DNA of 61,020 nucleotides, counting the filler, from Syncephalis fuscata S228 (lineage: Eukaryota; Fungi; Zoopagomycota): NCBI GenBank assembly GCA_025786725.1. It is 3 parts of 3 records of this genome, joined end to end, with 100 filler letters (N's around TTAATTAATTAA, not from the genome) between each part and the next. Parts side by side here need not be neighbours in the genome. Positions count along the whole stretch, not along the records: positions 28,087 to 55,192 come from JAHLTZ010000106.1; 2 more parts are not named here. One strand, 5' to 3'. The position numbers and the translations under genes are program-made. The notes below the pieces were generated by a model. It had not been told where the DNA came from and did no database searches. It worked only from the letters and a program-made list of their open reading frames with translations. Below are positions 41,710-52,265 of the stretch, one piece after another (the stretch's first letter is position 1; every line of letters starts with the position of its first letter).

Positions 41710-43022
41710 AGTTGTAGGGGTAGCTGACTACTACGTTATCGCGCTAACTTGTTATTAGTACTGAATTTATTATTCGTACTGGGCGACAAAAACAAAAACT
41801 CCGACACGTTTTTCTTGCTTGTAGATAAAGGATAGGAACAGAGTAGCGTACAATAGCTACGAATTCAGCAGTGCGTAGTCGTGGCCATTGCAGTGCAGCC
41901 TTTGACCTCACCGACTGACCCGTGTTCGTGTAACAAAGATTGCCTTTTAAAGCGGCTGCTTTTTGTCGCTAATCATTCCATTTATTAAAAACGTAAAAAA
42001 AATCAAACTTGTATTCAAAACATAAAGGTGTTGTTTAGCCATTAGCAATGACTTGATTTTATTTCGCTTCAATCCACGTGGTATATATTAAAACATAGCC
42101 ACGATTTTGTAGATTAAGTATGTAAAATAGTTTTACAAAAATGACACAATCTGTTTTATTAATAACACATAGAAGCAGAGGGGGGGGAGGGAGCAAATAA
42201 AACACACGTATTAACCAGTTGTTGCGTATTTACTCTATCTGTACAACTAACTATTATACCATTGAATCTTCTATTGATACGACATAGACCAGTCTAGTGA
42301 CCCACTATATCATCATTATTGTTAATTGGCGCCCTTTGCGATTCCTTGTTGTCTATTAATAGTGACATTTTGCTGCCAATCAACAATCCAATCGTCGTAT
42401 TACCGCCTGTCAATTGATTGTACCCCACCTGGTCGTCCTACGCTAACTTGCTGCTTTTTCGTCATGCTTGCAGCCTTTTCTATAAGACAAACATGCATTG
42501 TAAGTTTCTTGCCAACATCGCCATCGTCCATTAGCCGTGCATAGTTCGTCGTTTTCAACAGCATCGTTTTATTAGTCGATCGATATACACCAAGCATTTT
42601 TACGCATTGTATCTACTATATTTGCATTACTCTTGGCAATTTTATTGCTGCCAAATCTGTTCTCATACACCCTCGTGTCCATCATATCACTTGGCGGCTG
42701 AGATTACAACTGCTGAGAAATTCAAACAAGCTTTTCCACCAAATCATCCCCGCTTCCCATCCGTCTTGCCAAATTCGTTGGCTGTCTTTCTATTTTCAAG
42801 CGCCCTGCCCACGACTACATAGGCAGGCCTCATTGCGTTGCACTTTGAGCCATCTTGCTCTATTAGTGTTGTCGTTTTCTCTCTCGCCCGCTCTACCTTA
42901 TACGCCCGCTACCTTTCATCTTTATTTTTACTTGCATTGCATTGAGCAACTACTGTTGCCACTCCAAGTATATCTACACCGCACTATTTATTGCCATTAG
43001 TGCTTATCTGCTACAGTTCTAG

Positions 43023-43514
43023 GTAAGAATAACTCGTTTTTCATGCAGTTTTGGCCTCACGTGTTGGACGTGTCGACATCCTATTGCGCACTATCAACAA
43101 GTATGGGCGTGTACACGTTTGGAATCGTGTCAAGTAAAAGGTCGAACTTTAGTTATGTCCCATTTTCTTTTTTATAACGGTTTAGCCTAAGTCCTTAAAA
43201 ACACTATGCAATAATCGCCTTCCGTGTTAGCTGCCCCTTTTTGACTTTTAATCAACTGGCCTTTCTTTATTCATCGTAGTTACAGCGTATTAACTACTGT
43301 GCACGGCTATTTCCCCTAATTATATCTAAATACTGCTACAGCGCAGTATCATCTCATTGATATATCGCTAGATCGTTGACACTAGCTTGTTAGCAATTTT
43401 GTTCTCCTTTCGTTAGTGGCATTGGCTGCCTTTACTCCTATTGCTACTGTTCTTTTAAACTGTCTTCTTGACTGAATACTTACGTTTATTTAATTATTAT
43501 TATTATTCTTATAG
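43023..43514 (+). other. Probable 5'-UTR intron of the chitin synthase gene
   Basis: AG|GTAAGA donor at 43023; pyrimidine-rich TAG acceptor about 20 nt before the ATG. Confidence 0.5.
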
Positions 43515-43535
43515 TGAACAGTAAATTATTTCAGC

Positions 43536-46037
43536 ATGGATCCATACTACGACAAGCAGCCTTACCCGTCGCATTCGGGTAACTCGCAGCCAGCATTTCA
43601 AAGCTCTCATTCGGTTACAACTACATCTCATCAAGAGTACTATACCACGCAGCAGCACCAGCATCAACAGCAGCAGCAGCAGCAACATTACGAAGGTGGC
43701 TCTGGAACACATAGTCCAGAACATCTATACGATAATGCTCAAGCCCCTCCTCCTAATGCACGTCGTTACCAAAACTACCAGGACGGTCGTCGTCGATCCA
43801 TTCGTCGTATTGAATTGACGAGCGGTAACTTGGTAGTTGATTGTCCAGTGCCTGATCGTATTCTGACTAATGCTGTCTATCGTGATGGCGAAGAATTTAC
43901 GCATATGCGTTATACTGCCTGTACTTCGGATCCTAATGACTTTATTCGTGAACGCTATACATTGCGTCCAGTATTATATGGTCGTGAAACTGAAATATTT
44001 GTTGTTATGACCATGTACAACGAAGATGACATTCTTTTCTGCCGCACCTTCAACTCTGTAATGAAGAATGTTGCCCATCTTTGCTCGCGTAATCGTTCAC
44101 GCATGTGGGGCCAAGAAGGCTGGAAAAAGGTCGTTGTGTGCATTGTATCTGATGGTCGTACTAAGATTAATCCTCGTACCTTGAAGGTCATTGGTGCTAT
44201 CGGTGCTTATCAAGATGGTATTGCAAAAAATTCATTCAACGGCAAGGAAGTTACAGCTCATTTATTTGAATATACAACCCAAGTGTCGATGGACTCGGAA
44301 ATGAAGTTACGTACGGCTAACGACGGCGTCGTTCCAGTACAGATTCTTTTCTGTCTAAAGGAACGTAACGCCAAGAAGATCAACTCTCACCGCTGGTTCT
44401 TTAATGCATTTGGCCAAGTTCTTAAGCCAAACGTGTGTATTTTACTTGACGTCGGTACCAAGCCATCCGGTACCTCAATCTACCACTTATGGAAAGCATT
44501 TGATCGCAGTCCATCTGTTGGTGGTGCCTGTGGTGAAATCTGTGCCGATTTGGGTAAAGGTGGTGTTTTACTGCTTAATCCGCTTGTTGCTACACAGAAT
44601 TTTGAATATAAGATGTCAAACATTCTTGATAAGCCACTTGAGTCGGTCTTTGGCTACATTTCCGTATTGCCTGGTGCCTTTTCGGCCTATCGCTTTGCAG
44701 CTCTGCAGAATGTAGCACCTGATCGTGGACCGCTTAACTCTTACTTCAAGGGTGAGACCATGCACGGCGCCAATGCCACTGGTGGCATTTTTGAAGCCAA
44801 TATGTACTTGGCTGAGGATCGTATTCTGTGCTTTGAGCTGGTTGCAAAGCCAAACAGTGCATGGTTGCTTAAGTACGTTAAATCCGCCAAAGCATGGACT
44901 GATGTGCCGGATAGTATTGGCGAGTTTATTTCTCAACGTCGTCGTTGGTTGAACGGCTCCTTCTTTGCCGCTTTCTACGCTATCTTCAACTTTTTCCAAA
45001 TTTATCGTTCAGGTCATAACATTCTACGCAAATTGCTTCTTACCGTCGAGTTTGTTTACAACACCATTAATATGTTATTCAGTTGGTTCTCATTAGCTAA
45101 TTTCTATCTTGCATTCTATTTCCTTACTGTTGCCTACACCAAGTCCAATGTCAATTATCAAGAAGATAGCGATCCATTCTTTGGTCGTGGCGATATTGTG
45201 TTTACTTTGATGCGTGAGCTCTACATATTGCTTATTGTCTTGATTTTTGTCGCTTCACTGGGTAATCGCCCACAAGGTTCACGTGCGCTTTATTTGTTTG
45301 CTATCGCTGCCTTTTCGCTTATTATGATTCTTATGCTCTACGTTGCCGGCTTTTCCGTCTATTTGCAAGCCCCTCGTAACGCAAAGGATTGGAGTACCGT
45401 TGGTCATAAGATTGCTACCAGCTCAACATTTCGCAATCTTGTTATTTCGCTAGCATCTACCTATGGCCTTTACCTTATATGTTCGATTCTGCACTTTGAA
45501 CCATGGCACATGATTACTTCATTCATTCAATATCTACTCTTGTTGCCGGCCTTTGTCAACATTCTTATGGTCTACGCTTTCTGCAACACCCACGATGTGT
45601 CATGGGGTACTAAAGGTGATAACTCGGCTAGCAATGACTTGGGTCACGCCAAAGCAAGTAAAGAAGACGGTAAAGAAGTGGCAGAAGTGTCTTTACCCAC
45701 TGAAAAGGCCGACATTAACGCTGCATACGATAAGCTTGTACAAGAGCTTGCCGTACGTCCCAAGGACGTCAAAGAGAAGCGAGATGCATCGACTAAGCGT
45801 GAAGATTACTACAAACTATTCCGTACCAATCTTGTATTGGCCTGGATGTTTAGTAATGCATTGCTTGTCGTCATCTTTACAAGCGAAATATTCAGAGGTT
45901 GGATTAACCAGCGTGTTGGTGCCGATAGTACCTTTAATCCGTACTTGGCCTTTATCTTCTGGTCGGTCGCCGGTTTGTCGGCTTTCCGATTTGTTGGTAG
46001 CGTTACTTATTTGGTTCTTCGTCTAATCTTTGGATAA
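43536..46037 (+). CDS. Chitin synthase, division 1 (class I/II-like), intronless CDS
   Basis: [77 protein letters not shown]. Confidence 0.97.
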   Translation: MDPYYDKQPYPSHSGNSQPAFQSSHSVTTTSHQEYYTTQQHQHQQQQQQQHYEGGSGTHSPEHLYDNAQAPPPNARRYQNYQDGRRRSIRRIELTSGNLVVDCPVPDRILTNAVYRDGEEFTHMRYTACTSDPNDFIRERYTLRPVLYGRETEIFVVMTMYNEDDILFCRTFNSVMKNVAHLCSRNRSRMWGQEGWKKVVVCIVSDGRTKINPRTLKVIGAIGAYQDGIAKNSFNGKEVTAHLFEYTTQVSMDSEMKLRTANDGVVPVQILFCLKERNAKKINSHRWFFNAFGQVLKPNVCILLDVGTKPSGTSIYHLWKAFDRSPSVGGACGEICADLGKGGVLLLNPLVATQNFEYKMSNILDKPLESVFGYISVLPGAFSAYRFAALQNVAPDRGPLNSYFKGETMHGANATGGIFEANMYLAEDRILCFELVAKPNSAWLLKYVKSAKAWTDVPDSIGEFISQRRRWLNGSFFAAFYAIFNFFQIYRSGHNILRKLLLTVEFVYNTINMLFSWFSLANFYLAFYFLTVAYTKSNVNYQEDSDPFFGRGDIVFTLMRELYILLIVLIFVASLGNRPQGSRALYLFAIAAFSLIMILMLYVAGFSVYLQAPRNAKDWSTVGHKIATSSTFRNLVISLASTYGLYLICSILHFEPWHMITSFIQYLLLLPAFVNILMVYAFCNTHDVSWGTKGDNSASNDLGHAKASKEDGKEVAEVSLPTEKADINAAYDKLVQELAVRPKDVKEKRDASTKREDYYKLFRTNLVLAWMFSNALLVVIFTSEIFRGWINQRVGADSTFNPYLAFIFWSVAGLSAFRFVGSVTYLVLRLIFG

Positions 46038-46343
46038 ACGGATGTTTAAAGTCTGGTTACTTTTTAGATCTATTGTTTATCCTACTCATCTCTTTCCTAT
46101 TTGTTTCTTGAATTGCCTTGTTATTTAAGTGTGCTATGCAGCACTTGAGGCATTATTCCCTTTTTTATTAGGAATAAAATTCAATACGATAAAATGGATG
46201 TCCAATGGTGCTAAATATATTTTAATATCTAATATTGTCTCCATGGCCATTGCTGTTTATTTAAAAATGTTCTATACTAGTAAGTGCTTTTGGTGTCAAA
46301 TAGCTTTTATTCTTAATACGTTTATTCACTTTTAATTGTTCTA

Positions 46344-48981
46344 CAATAGTGAGTGTTTTTTGGGTAAAACTGTTTTATTATAGGAAAAATTAGAAAATGC
46401 ATTGTTATTAAATTTTACCATAATAAAAATCACTTTTAAATTTATTAAATTTATTAATTAATAAAATCACTTTGTTTGCCCCACACTTTGTTTTCTGTAA
46501 TGCCTTTATCAAAGAATAGTTACTCTTTAATGGCATGTTTTCTTGTTTATAGCTGTTTCATTACTAGTTGTATCTATTTTTACATAACATATTTTTGTAT
46601 TGTATTTTTTAGCTGTATTTACCACAAGTATATCGTTGGAAGTCTTTTAACAAATAAAATAGGATTGGCGTTGATGTTGATATTGCTACAATTAACTAAA
46701 TTACGTAAATAAACAAAGTTTTAAATTAAAATTGTTGCATTTATTATGCTTAACTTTTTCCCATCAGGGATTTTTAACTTTGTAACTTTTATTATTCAAC
46801 AATATTATAAATACGTAATAATGTTACTCAAATAATAAAGATGCATTTTTATAATTTAATTCATTTTAGTTTATATCAAAATCCGTACAATTACAGTTTT
46901 TTGTTATAAATCTGCTAATTTGAGCTATTGTTATAAGTTAAAGTCATTTGATACTAATAATATATATTTTATTAAATTGATATTAAAATTTTAATTAAGT
47001 CACTGTTTCTATTTCTTTTTCTCCTTTGGTTACTTGGTCAATGCTACACTATTTATTACTATTGTTATAGCAATTTCATTTTTTTATCGAACCAAAAGCA
47101 GACCAAGCTTTGTAATAAATTTAGTAATAGATTTAATAGTATCATTACCAGAGTTATATGAACAACCATTAAAATGCTTAATATTGCACTAGGTAATTTT
47201 TACTAGGCCAGTTTTCTGCTTTCTGGCAGTCAAAACAAACTGAAATTTGTTGCTGGAAGAGTCTTCATGAGGACAGCTAAACTGTAATCTTGTTGAATTA
47301 CTATTTTTTTCTTTTAAAATTGCAATTGCTAACAAGCTTAACTCGTAAACAGCGGCCCTCAGTTCTTCAATACTGTTAAGTATAGCTTTTTTAAATAGTT
47401 CAATTGACATTTGGTAGATTGTTCAAAACGGCGTATTTTCTAATTTCCCCTTTAAAAAACAGTTTATTTTAATTCTGAATACGAATAAGCTAAGACGGCC
47501 AATAAAATATTTCATACAATCTAAAATGTGCAGTCTAATAATTCTACCCCATTTAATATTTGGCGTATATTCTACAACGTCATTTATATAAAGAGCATAA
47601 TTGATAATGCAATAACATTCGTTACCAAATCATTATATTTTATATGATAGCGTAGCTTCAAGAATAATATTATTACGGCTCTGCTTTTAAAAATCGTAAC
47701 TTAGATGATCAAGCAACGTATTGCCCCAATTCTATCTTATGCTGTTGACTTTTGATACCTACTGAAATTTACCTTACCATTCAGAATACGATGTGTTGGT
47801 TGATATTGTTTTGATAATAAGCGTATTTGTTATTTGTAATCAATTATTACAACTCAACTATAGCCAATGATAAAACTTAACGCTTTCTATTATTTCTTTA
47901 TTAAAATATTATTATTAATTTATTTGAATAATAGTATAGTTATGACATTGAAATAACAACAATAAGGCCATTGTAAAAATGTAATATTCTTATTTCTAAT
48001 AAATATGATTGCAGTAAAATATTTTGAAATATCAATAAAACACTATTTTAAAAATTTAAGCATAAAATTATTGCACCAATACTAGCAAAGTATGCTGCAG
48101 TATTAAAAATGATTTTAATGAAATGTATGTTAAAAACAATAGTATTAATTTACTTAGTAAAGCGCTAATAATACTGTGTAACCTTACGTAAAACCAAGTA
48201 AACTGTATGATATTTTGCACAAGTATGCACATAGCATATAGGTAACTATTGGCAAAATATATCGTTATTGTAGTGCGTAATGTTATAATAATTACGATAA
48301 TACACTAGTAAATGTATAAAAATAACAGTTTCTAGTCATTTATGACTTATATAACTAAAATACAAAAAAATGATTGCCGAATTCGGGTTCTCCGTGCTTA
48401 GTTATACGAATTGGCATAAGATTTATAGCAACAATTTTAATTTAAAACTTTGTTTATTTACGTAATTTAGTTAATTGTAGCAATATCAACATCAACGCCA
48501 ATCCTATTTTATTTGTTAAAAGACTTCCAACGATATACTTGTGGTAAATACAGCTAAAAAATACAATACAAAATATGTTATGTAAAAATAGATACAACTA
48601 GTAATGAAACAGCTATAAACAAGAAAACATGCCATTAAAGAGTAACTATTCTTTGATAAAGGCATTACAGAAAACAAAGTGTGGGGCAAACAAAGTGATT
48701 TTATTAATTAATAAATTTAATAAATTTAAAAGTGATTTTTATTATGGTAAAATTTAATAACAATGCATTTTTTAATTTTTCCTATAATAAAACAGTTTTA
48801 CCCAAAATCGATATTAAACTTTTCCAAAAATACCGGTTGTATTTTTTCAAAATCTGAAAACTAATAGGCAACTTTAAGTATGAAATTACATAATGTTACA
48901 TGCCATAAATTTGTATACAATTTTTTTCTGTATTTCTCAATCTTCCTTTTTTTCGGGCGCCAAAACGCTCACTCGATTCTG
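46344..48981. mobile_element. Non-autonomous element with about 380-bp near-perfect inverted repeats (46358-46738 / 48428-48807)
   Basis: The arms are reverse complements almost base for base; outer ends TA|CAATAGTGAGTG ... CTCACTCGATTCTG|TA suggest a TA duplication; no transposase ORF inside. Confidence 0.8.
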
Positions 48982-49060
48982 TAGACTAAAATAAAATAAT
49001 TTTAACAAGCTAGTTGCTGTTTATATAAAAACGAAATTAAATGAAAACTACATACTAGAT

Positions 49061-50812
49061 TTACAACTCTTTGTAAAGATCCTTGTGCTGAGCCTTAATC
49101 ATATCGGCGCCCTTCTCGCCAATCATGTAGACTGCGTTTTGGATTCGGCAGTCAGGAATGATAGGCATGATAGAAGCATCTATCACACGGAGATTCTTGA
49201 TGCCGTGGACGCGGAGCTGGGGATCGACGACACCTTGGTCAATGTTCTTGGACAGGCGAGCGGTGCCGCAAGGGTGGAATGCAGTTTGGCTTCGATCCAA
49301 AACGGCCCTCTTCATTTCCTCATCCGAATCGAGAGGCATATCCCAAGGGTACTCACCGATGACGATATCCTTAAAGCCTTCACCATGGAGGAGAAGATCG
49401 TAGGCCCATCTGACACCCTCACGCATGGCAATGATGTCCAGGTCATTGGCGAAGAAGTTCAGGTTGATGTTGGGCTGCACAAGAGGATCAGCACTGTTGA
49501 GTGTGACCTCACCGCCCTCGGACACCGGGCGAACCAGATCAACAACAACAGACGTGTAGCATCCTTCCTTAGGGGTAGGAAAATGCCATTGGAATGCGCT
49601 GCCGAACATGCAGACAAAGTCGAGTTCGAAGTGTGGCTGTCCCTTAGGAGAGAAAGGATCTAGACCGCCGTTATTGGCTTTGGCCCTACTGTAGACAGGA
49701 TCCTGGTTCAGGTTCTTATCAATGCGGGTGAAACCAACCATGTCCAGAAGGCCAGATCCCACAGGGCCTTCCTTGTTGCTGTGATATGCGGACATGGCAG
49801 CATCCTTGCGGGGACCGGGGCGCAGGAGGACGTCGTCCATACCAAAGCCGTCCTTGACACGCAGGACGAAGGGGACGGCGGGGTGATCGAGCAAGTGCTG
49901 GCCCACATGGCGCGAGTCGACAATCACATCAAGACCGTGCTTGGCCAACTCGGCGGCGGGTCCGACACCACTGAGCATCAGCAGCTTGGGGGTTTCAAAA
50001 ACGCCCTGGGAGAGAATGACGTCACGGGTGGCGTAGAAGCTGAGTTCGGCGCCGGTGGAAGCGATCACAGTCACACCAGTGCAAGCGCGGGTGGCCTTAT
50101 CGATGATTAAACACTTGCTGTGAACGGAAGAGAGAATTGTGATATTGGGCCTGTTCTTGACGAAGAGATAGCTACCTGAGCGCTGGCCATTGTGGATTGT
50201 GTCTGCACAGTGAGTGAGGCCGATCATCTTGCCGTCGTAGATGTTTTCCGAAATCGGCACGCCCTTGGAGACCCAGGCCTTTCTAAGAGCATCACGAAAG
50301 GGTTGCATCTCTGGAATCAGGGCAGCGTGAGATATCGGGATTGGTCCACCGGTACCAAGCTTATTAAATTCTGGACCATAGAGCTTTGGATTATCGTAGT
50401 AGGTTGCGCTCTTGCGGAAGTAAGGAAGAAGGTTATCCCAGGTCCATTCATTGCCACCAAACTCCCCCCAGTCGTCAAAGGTTGGTTTGCAGCCAGGGAT
50501 CCAGGTGAAGTAGTTGAGGCTGGAGCTGCCGCCGAGGATCTTGCCGCGGGTGTTGGGCTTCTCGATGCGCTCGTAATCGTCGCGCTTGATCATTGTGGTC
50601 TTGTAGGCCCAGTCGTATTTGCTGCTGCGGAGGTCCATGGCCATGGAAGGGGTGGTAATCTCCTCGATCTCGCTAGGATTGTCGACGCCAGCCTCGACAA
50701 TCAGGACACTGACATTGGGATTTTCAGCAAGACGGCCGGCAACGGTGTTACCAGCAGTGCCACCTCCTACGATGATGAAGTCGAAATGAGCTCCGTCTGT
50801 AGCTGCAGCCAT
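49061..50812 (-). CDS. GMC oxidoreductase (FAD), intronless, GC-rich
   Basis: GGGTAG ADP-binding fold, RGKILGGSSSLN, TPKLLMLSGVG, VGQHLLDHP, TAFHPCGT, VVDPQLRVHGIKNLRVIDASIMP; first ATG at 50812. Confidence 0.96.
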   Translation of the reverse strand: MAAATDGAHFDFIIVGGGTAGNTVAGRLAENPNVSVLIVEAGVDNPSEIEEITTPSMAMDLRSSKYDWAYKTTMIKRDDYERIEKPNTRGKILGGSSSLNYFTWIPGCKPTFDDWGEFGGNEWTWDNLLPYFRKSATYYDNPKLYGPEFNKLGTGGPIPISHAALIPEMQPFRDALRKAWVSKGVPISENIYDGKMIGLTHCADTIHNGQRSGSYLFVKNRPNITILSSVHSKCLIIDKATRACTGVTVIASTGAELSFYATRDVILSQGVFETPKLLMLSGVGPAAELAKHGLDVIVDSRHVGQHLLDHPAVPFVLRVKDGFGMDDVLLRPGPRKDAAMSAYHSNKEGPVGSGLLDMVGFTRIDKNLNQDPVYSRAKANNGGLDPFSPKGQPHFELDFVCMFGSAFQWHFPTPKEGCYTSVVVDLVRPVSEGGEVTLNSADPLVQPNINLNFFANDLDIIAMREGVRWAYDLLLHGEGFKDIVIGEYPWDMPLDSDEEMKRAVLDRSQTAFHPCGTARLSKNIDQGVVDPQLRVHGIKNLRVIDASIMPIIPDCRIQNAVYMIGEKGADMIKAQHKDLYKEL

Positions 50813-50961
50813 TGTGGAAGAAATCTGATAGGAATCGATATCTGTATCTTTTAGAGTTTGTAACAGGAAAAGTAAAACAAATGTGTTCTTGGATTGAGAA
50901 AGCACGATGTAACAGTGGAAAGCAAGTACGGAAAAGGTTGGGAGAACTGAAGAACTGAAAG

Positions 50962-50971
50962 TTTTATATAA
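50962..50971 (-). promoter_or_regulatory. Putative TATA box of the GMC gene
   Basis: TTATATAAAA on the minus strand about 150 nt upstream of the ATG, followed by a pyrimidine-rich leader. Confidence 0.45.
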
Positions 50972-51013
50972 CAGCTACCTTTACAGGAGTAAAGAGGGAG
51001 AAGTATTTGGCGA

Positions 51014-51127
51014 TAAGGTATAATTTATGTTTTAATTAAGGTATAATTTATGTTTTAATTAAGGTATGATCTATGTTTTAATTAACGTATAATTTATGTT
51101 TCAAATAAGGTATAATTTATGTTTTAA
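51014..51127. repeat. Five tandem copies of a 23-bp unit TAAGGTATAATTTATGTTTTAAT
   Basis: Copies start at 51014, 51037, 51060, 51083 and 51106. Confidence 0.92.
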
Positions 51128-51919
51128 AAATATATATTTGACGTTTTAGAACAAATGCTAGAACTCGTACAATGAAAATATTTTTTTGTGAGTAAAGTAA
51201 AGAGAGAGAAAATAAAGGACGTCCATGCGTGCGCGTATGAAGTGGATTAAGCGGTAGCATTTTTCTTTCATTAATTTTATAAGACCTTCTCGTTCACTTG
51301 TTTCTTTTCTTTATCTTTGTGGGCAAATGAATTTTTTAGTTTATTAAAGCTATACGACACATTCCACGCCAACTAACATATTGAAGATACATCACACCGT
51401 ACAATGAATCGCCACTCGACTACGGCAACGATAGATTCTATTACTGTCGACAGCTTCGCACACATGATACCGCTAGGCCGGTGAACCTACTCAGCTATCA
51501 GTATTTAAGTGCGCACTAACTAGCAGTATTAATAAAATGGGAGCTACTGCATTTTGACTCCTACATTTTTATTTATCTATTTCATCACTATAGCGTGTAT
51601 AATATTACATCCAACATTAATTGATTCATGTGTAATTAGCAATACAATAATGTGATTAATTAGTTATTTTTATTATTGCTTTAACATCTATACATTGTCA
51701 TTATGATATTAATTGTTCAAATACCATTTATTTAGTCAGATTAGCTATAGAAAAGTGGCTGTTTAATAAACAACATTTATACTAATTATATTAATACTGA
51801 TCTTACATCACAAATATGCCCAGAATGCAACAGTAGAATATTAGAAAAACAGAAGAAATCGTTTAGATGCAATAGCCCATACTGTACATAAATTCAATAA
51901 CAACAAACGTGGAATGACA

Positions 51920-52140
51920 TGGAATTGCAATCATGTGGCTTCTATTAACATTCAATCAATCTTTCTACACATGGCCAGTAACAACAATGATCGGCCTCAA
52001 ATGTCTTAAAAAATCAATAGTATGTTATGTTATTTAAATAAATCAATTTATTAACAGTATTTTAATAGAAATCAATGTAGCTATCTTGCGTATAACAACG
52101 AAATGACTCTAATTGGAACAAATTTTACTTTGGAGCTCAA
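51920..52140. repeat. Dispersed repeat family B, copy 2 (upstream of catalase)
   Basis: Colinear with about 9850-10070. Confidence 0.8.
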
Positions 52141-52265
52141 AATGTGCGAGTCAAAGTATAATTTAGCCAATAAAACTTTACCTTATTTTATAGTAGCTCG
52201 GTCGTGTATCCACCTTCTTAACTTGTTATTACTTAACTTTGCTAACAATCTTACATAACCTCATA

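Noticed and set aside
46476-47410. ORFs inside the TIR element as transposase
   Set aside because: Short, with no DDE or HTH motifs.
49061-49075. C-terminal YKEL as an ER-retention signal
   Set aside because: No signal peptide, so the protein is unlikely to enter the ER.
49085-50854. Long plus-strand ORFs over the GMC gene
   Set aside because: Antisense shadows caused by GC-rich codon usage.
50813-50905. N-terminal extension / signal peptide on the GMC (MLSQSK...)
   Set aside because: It starts at a non-ATG codon; the FAD-binding fold begins right after ATG 50812.
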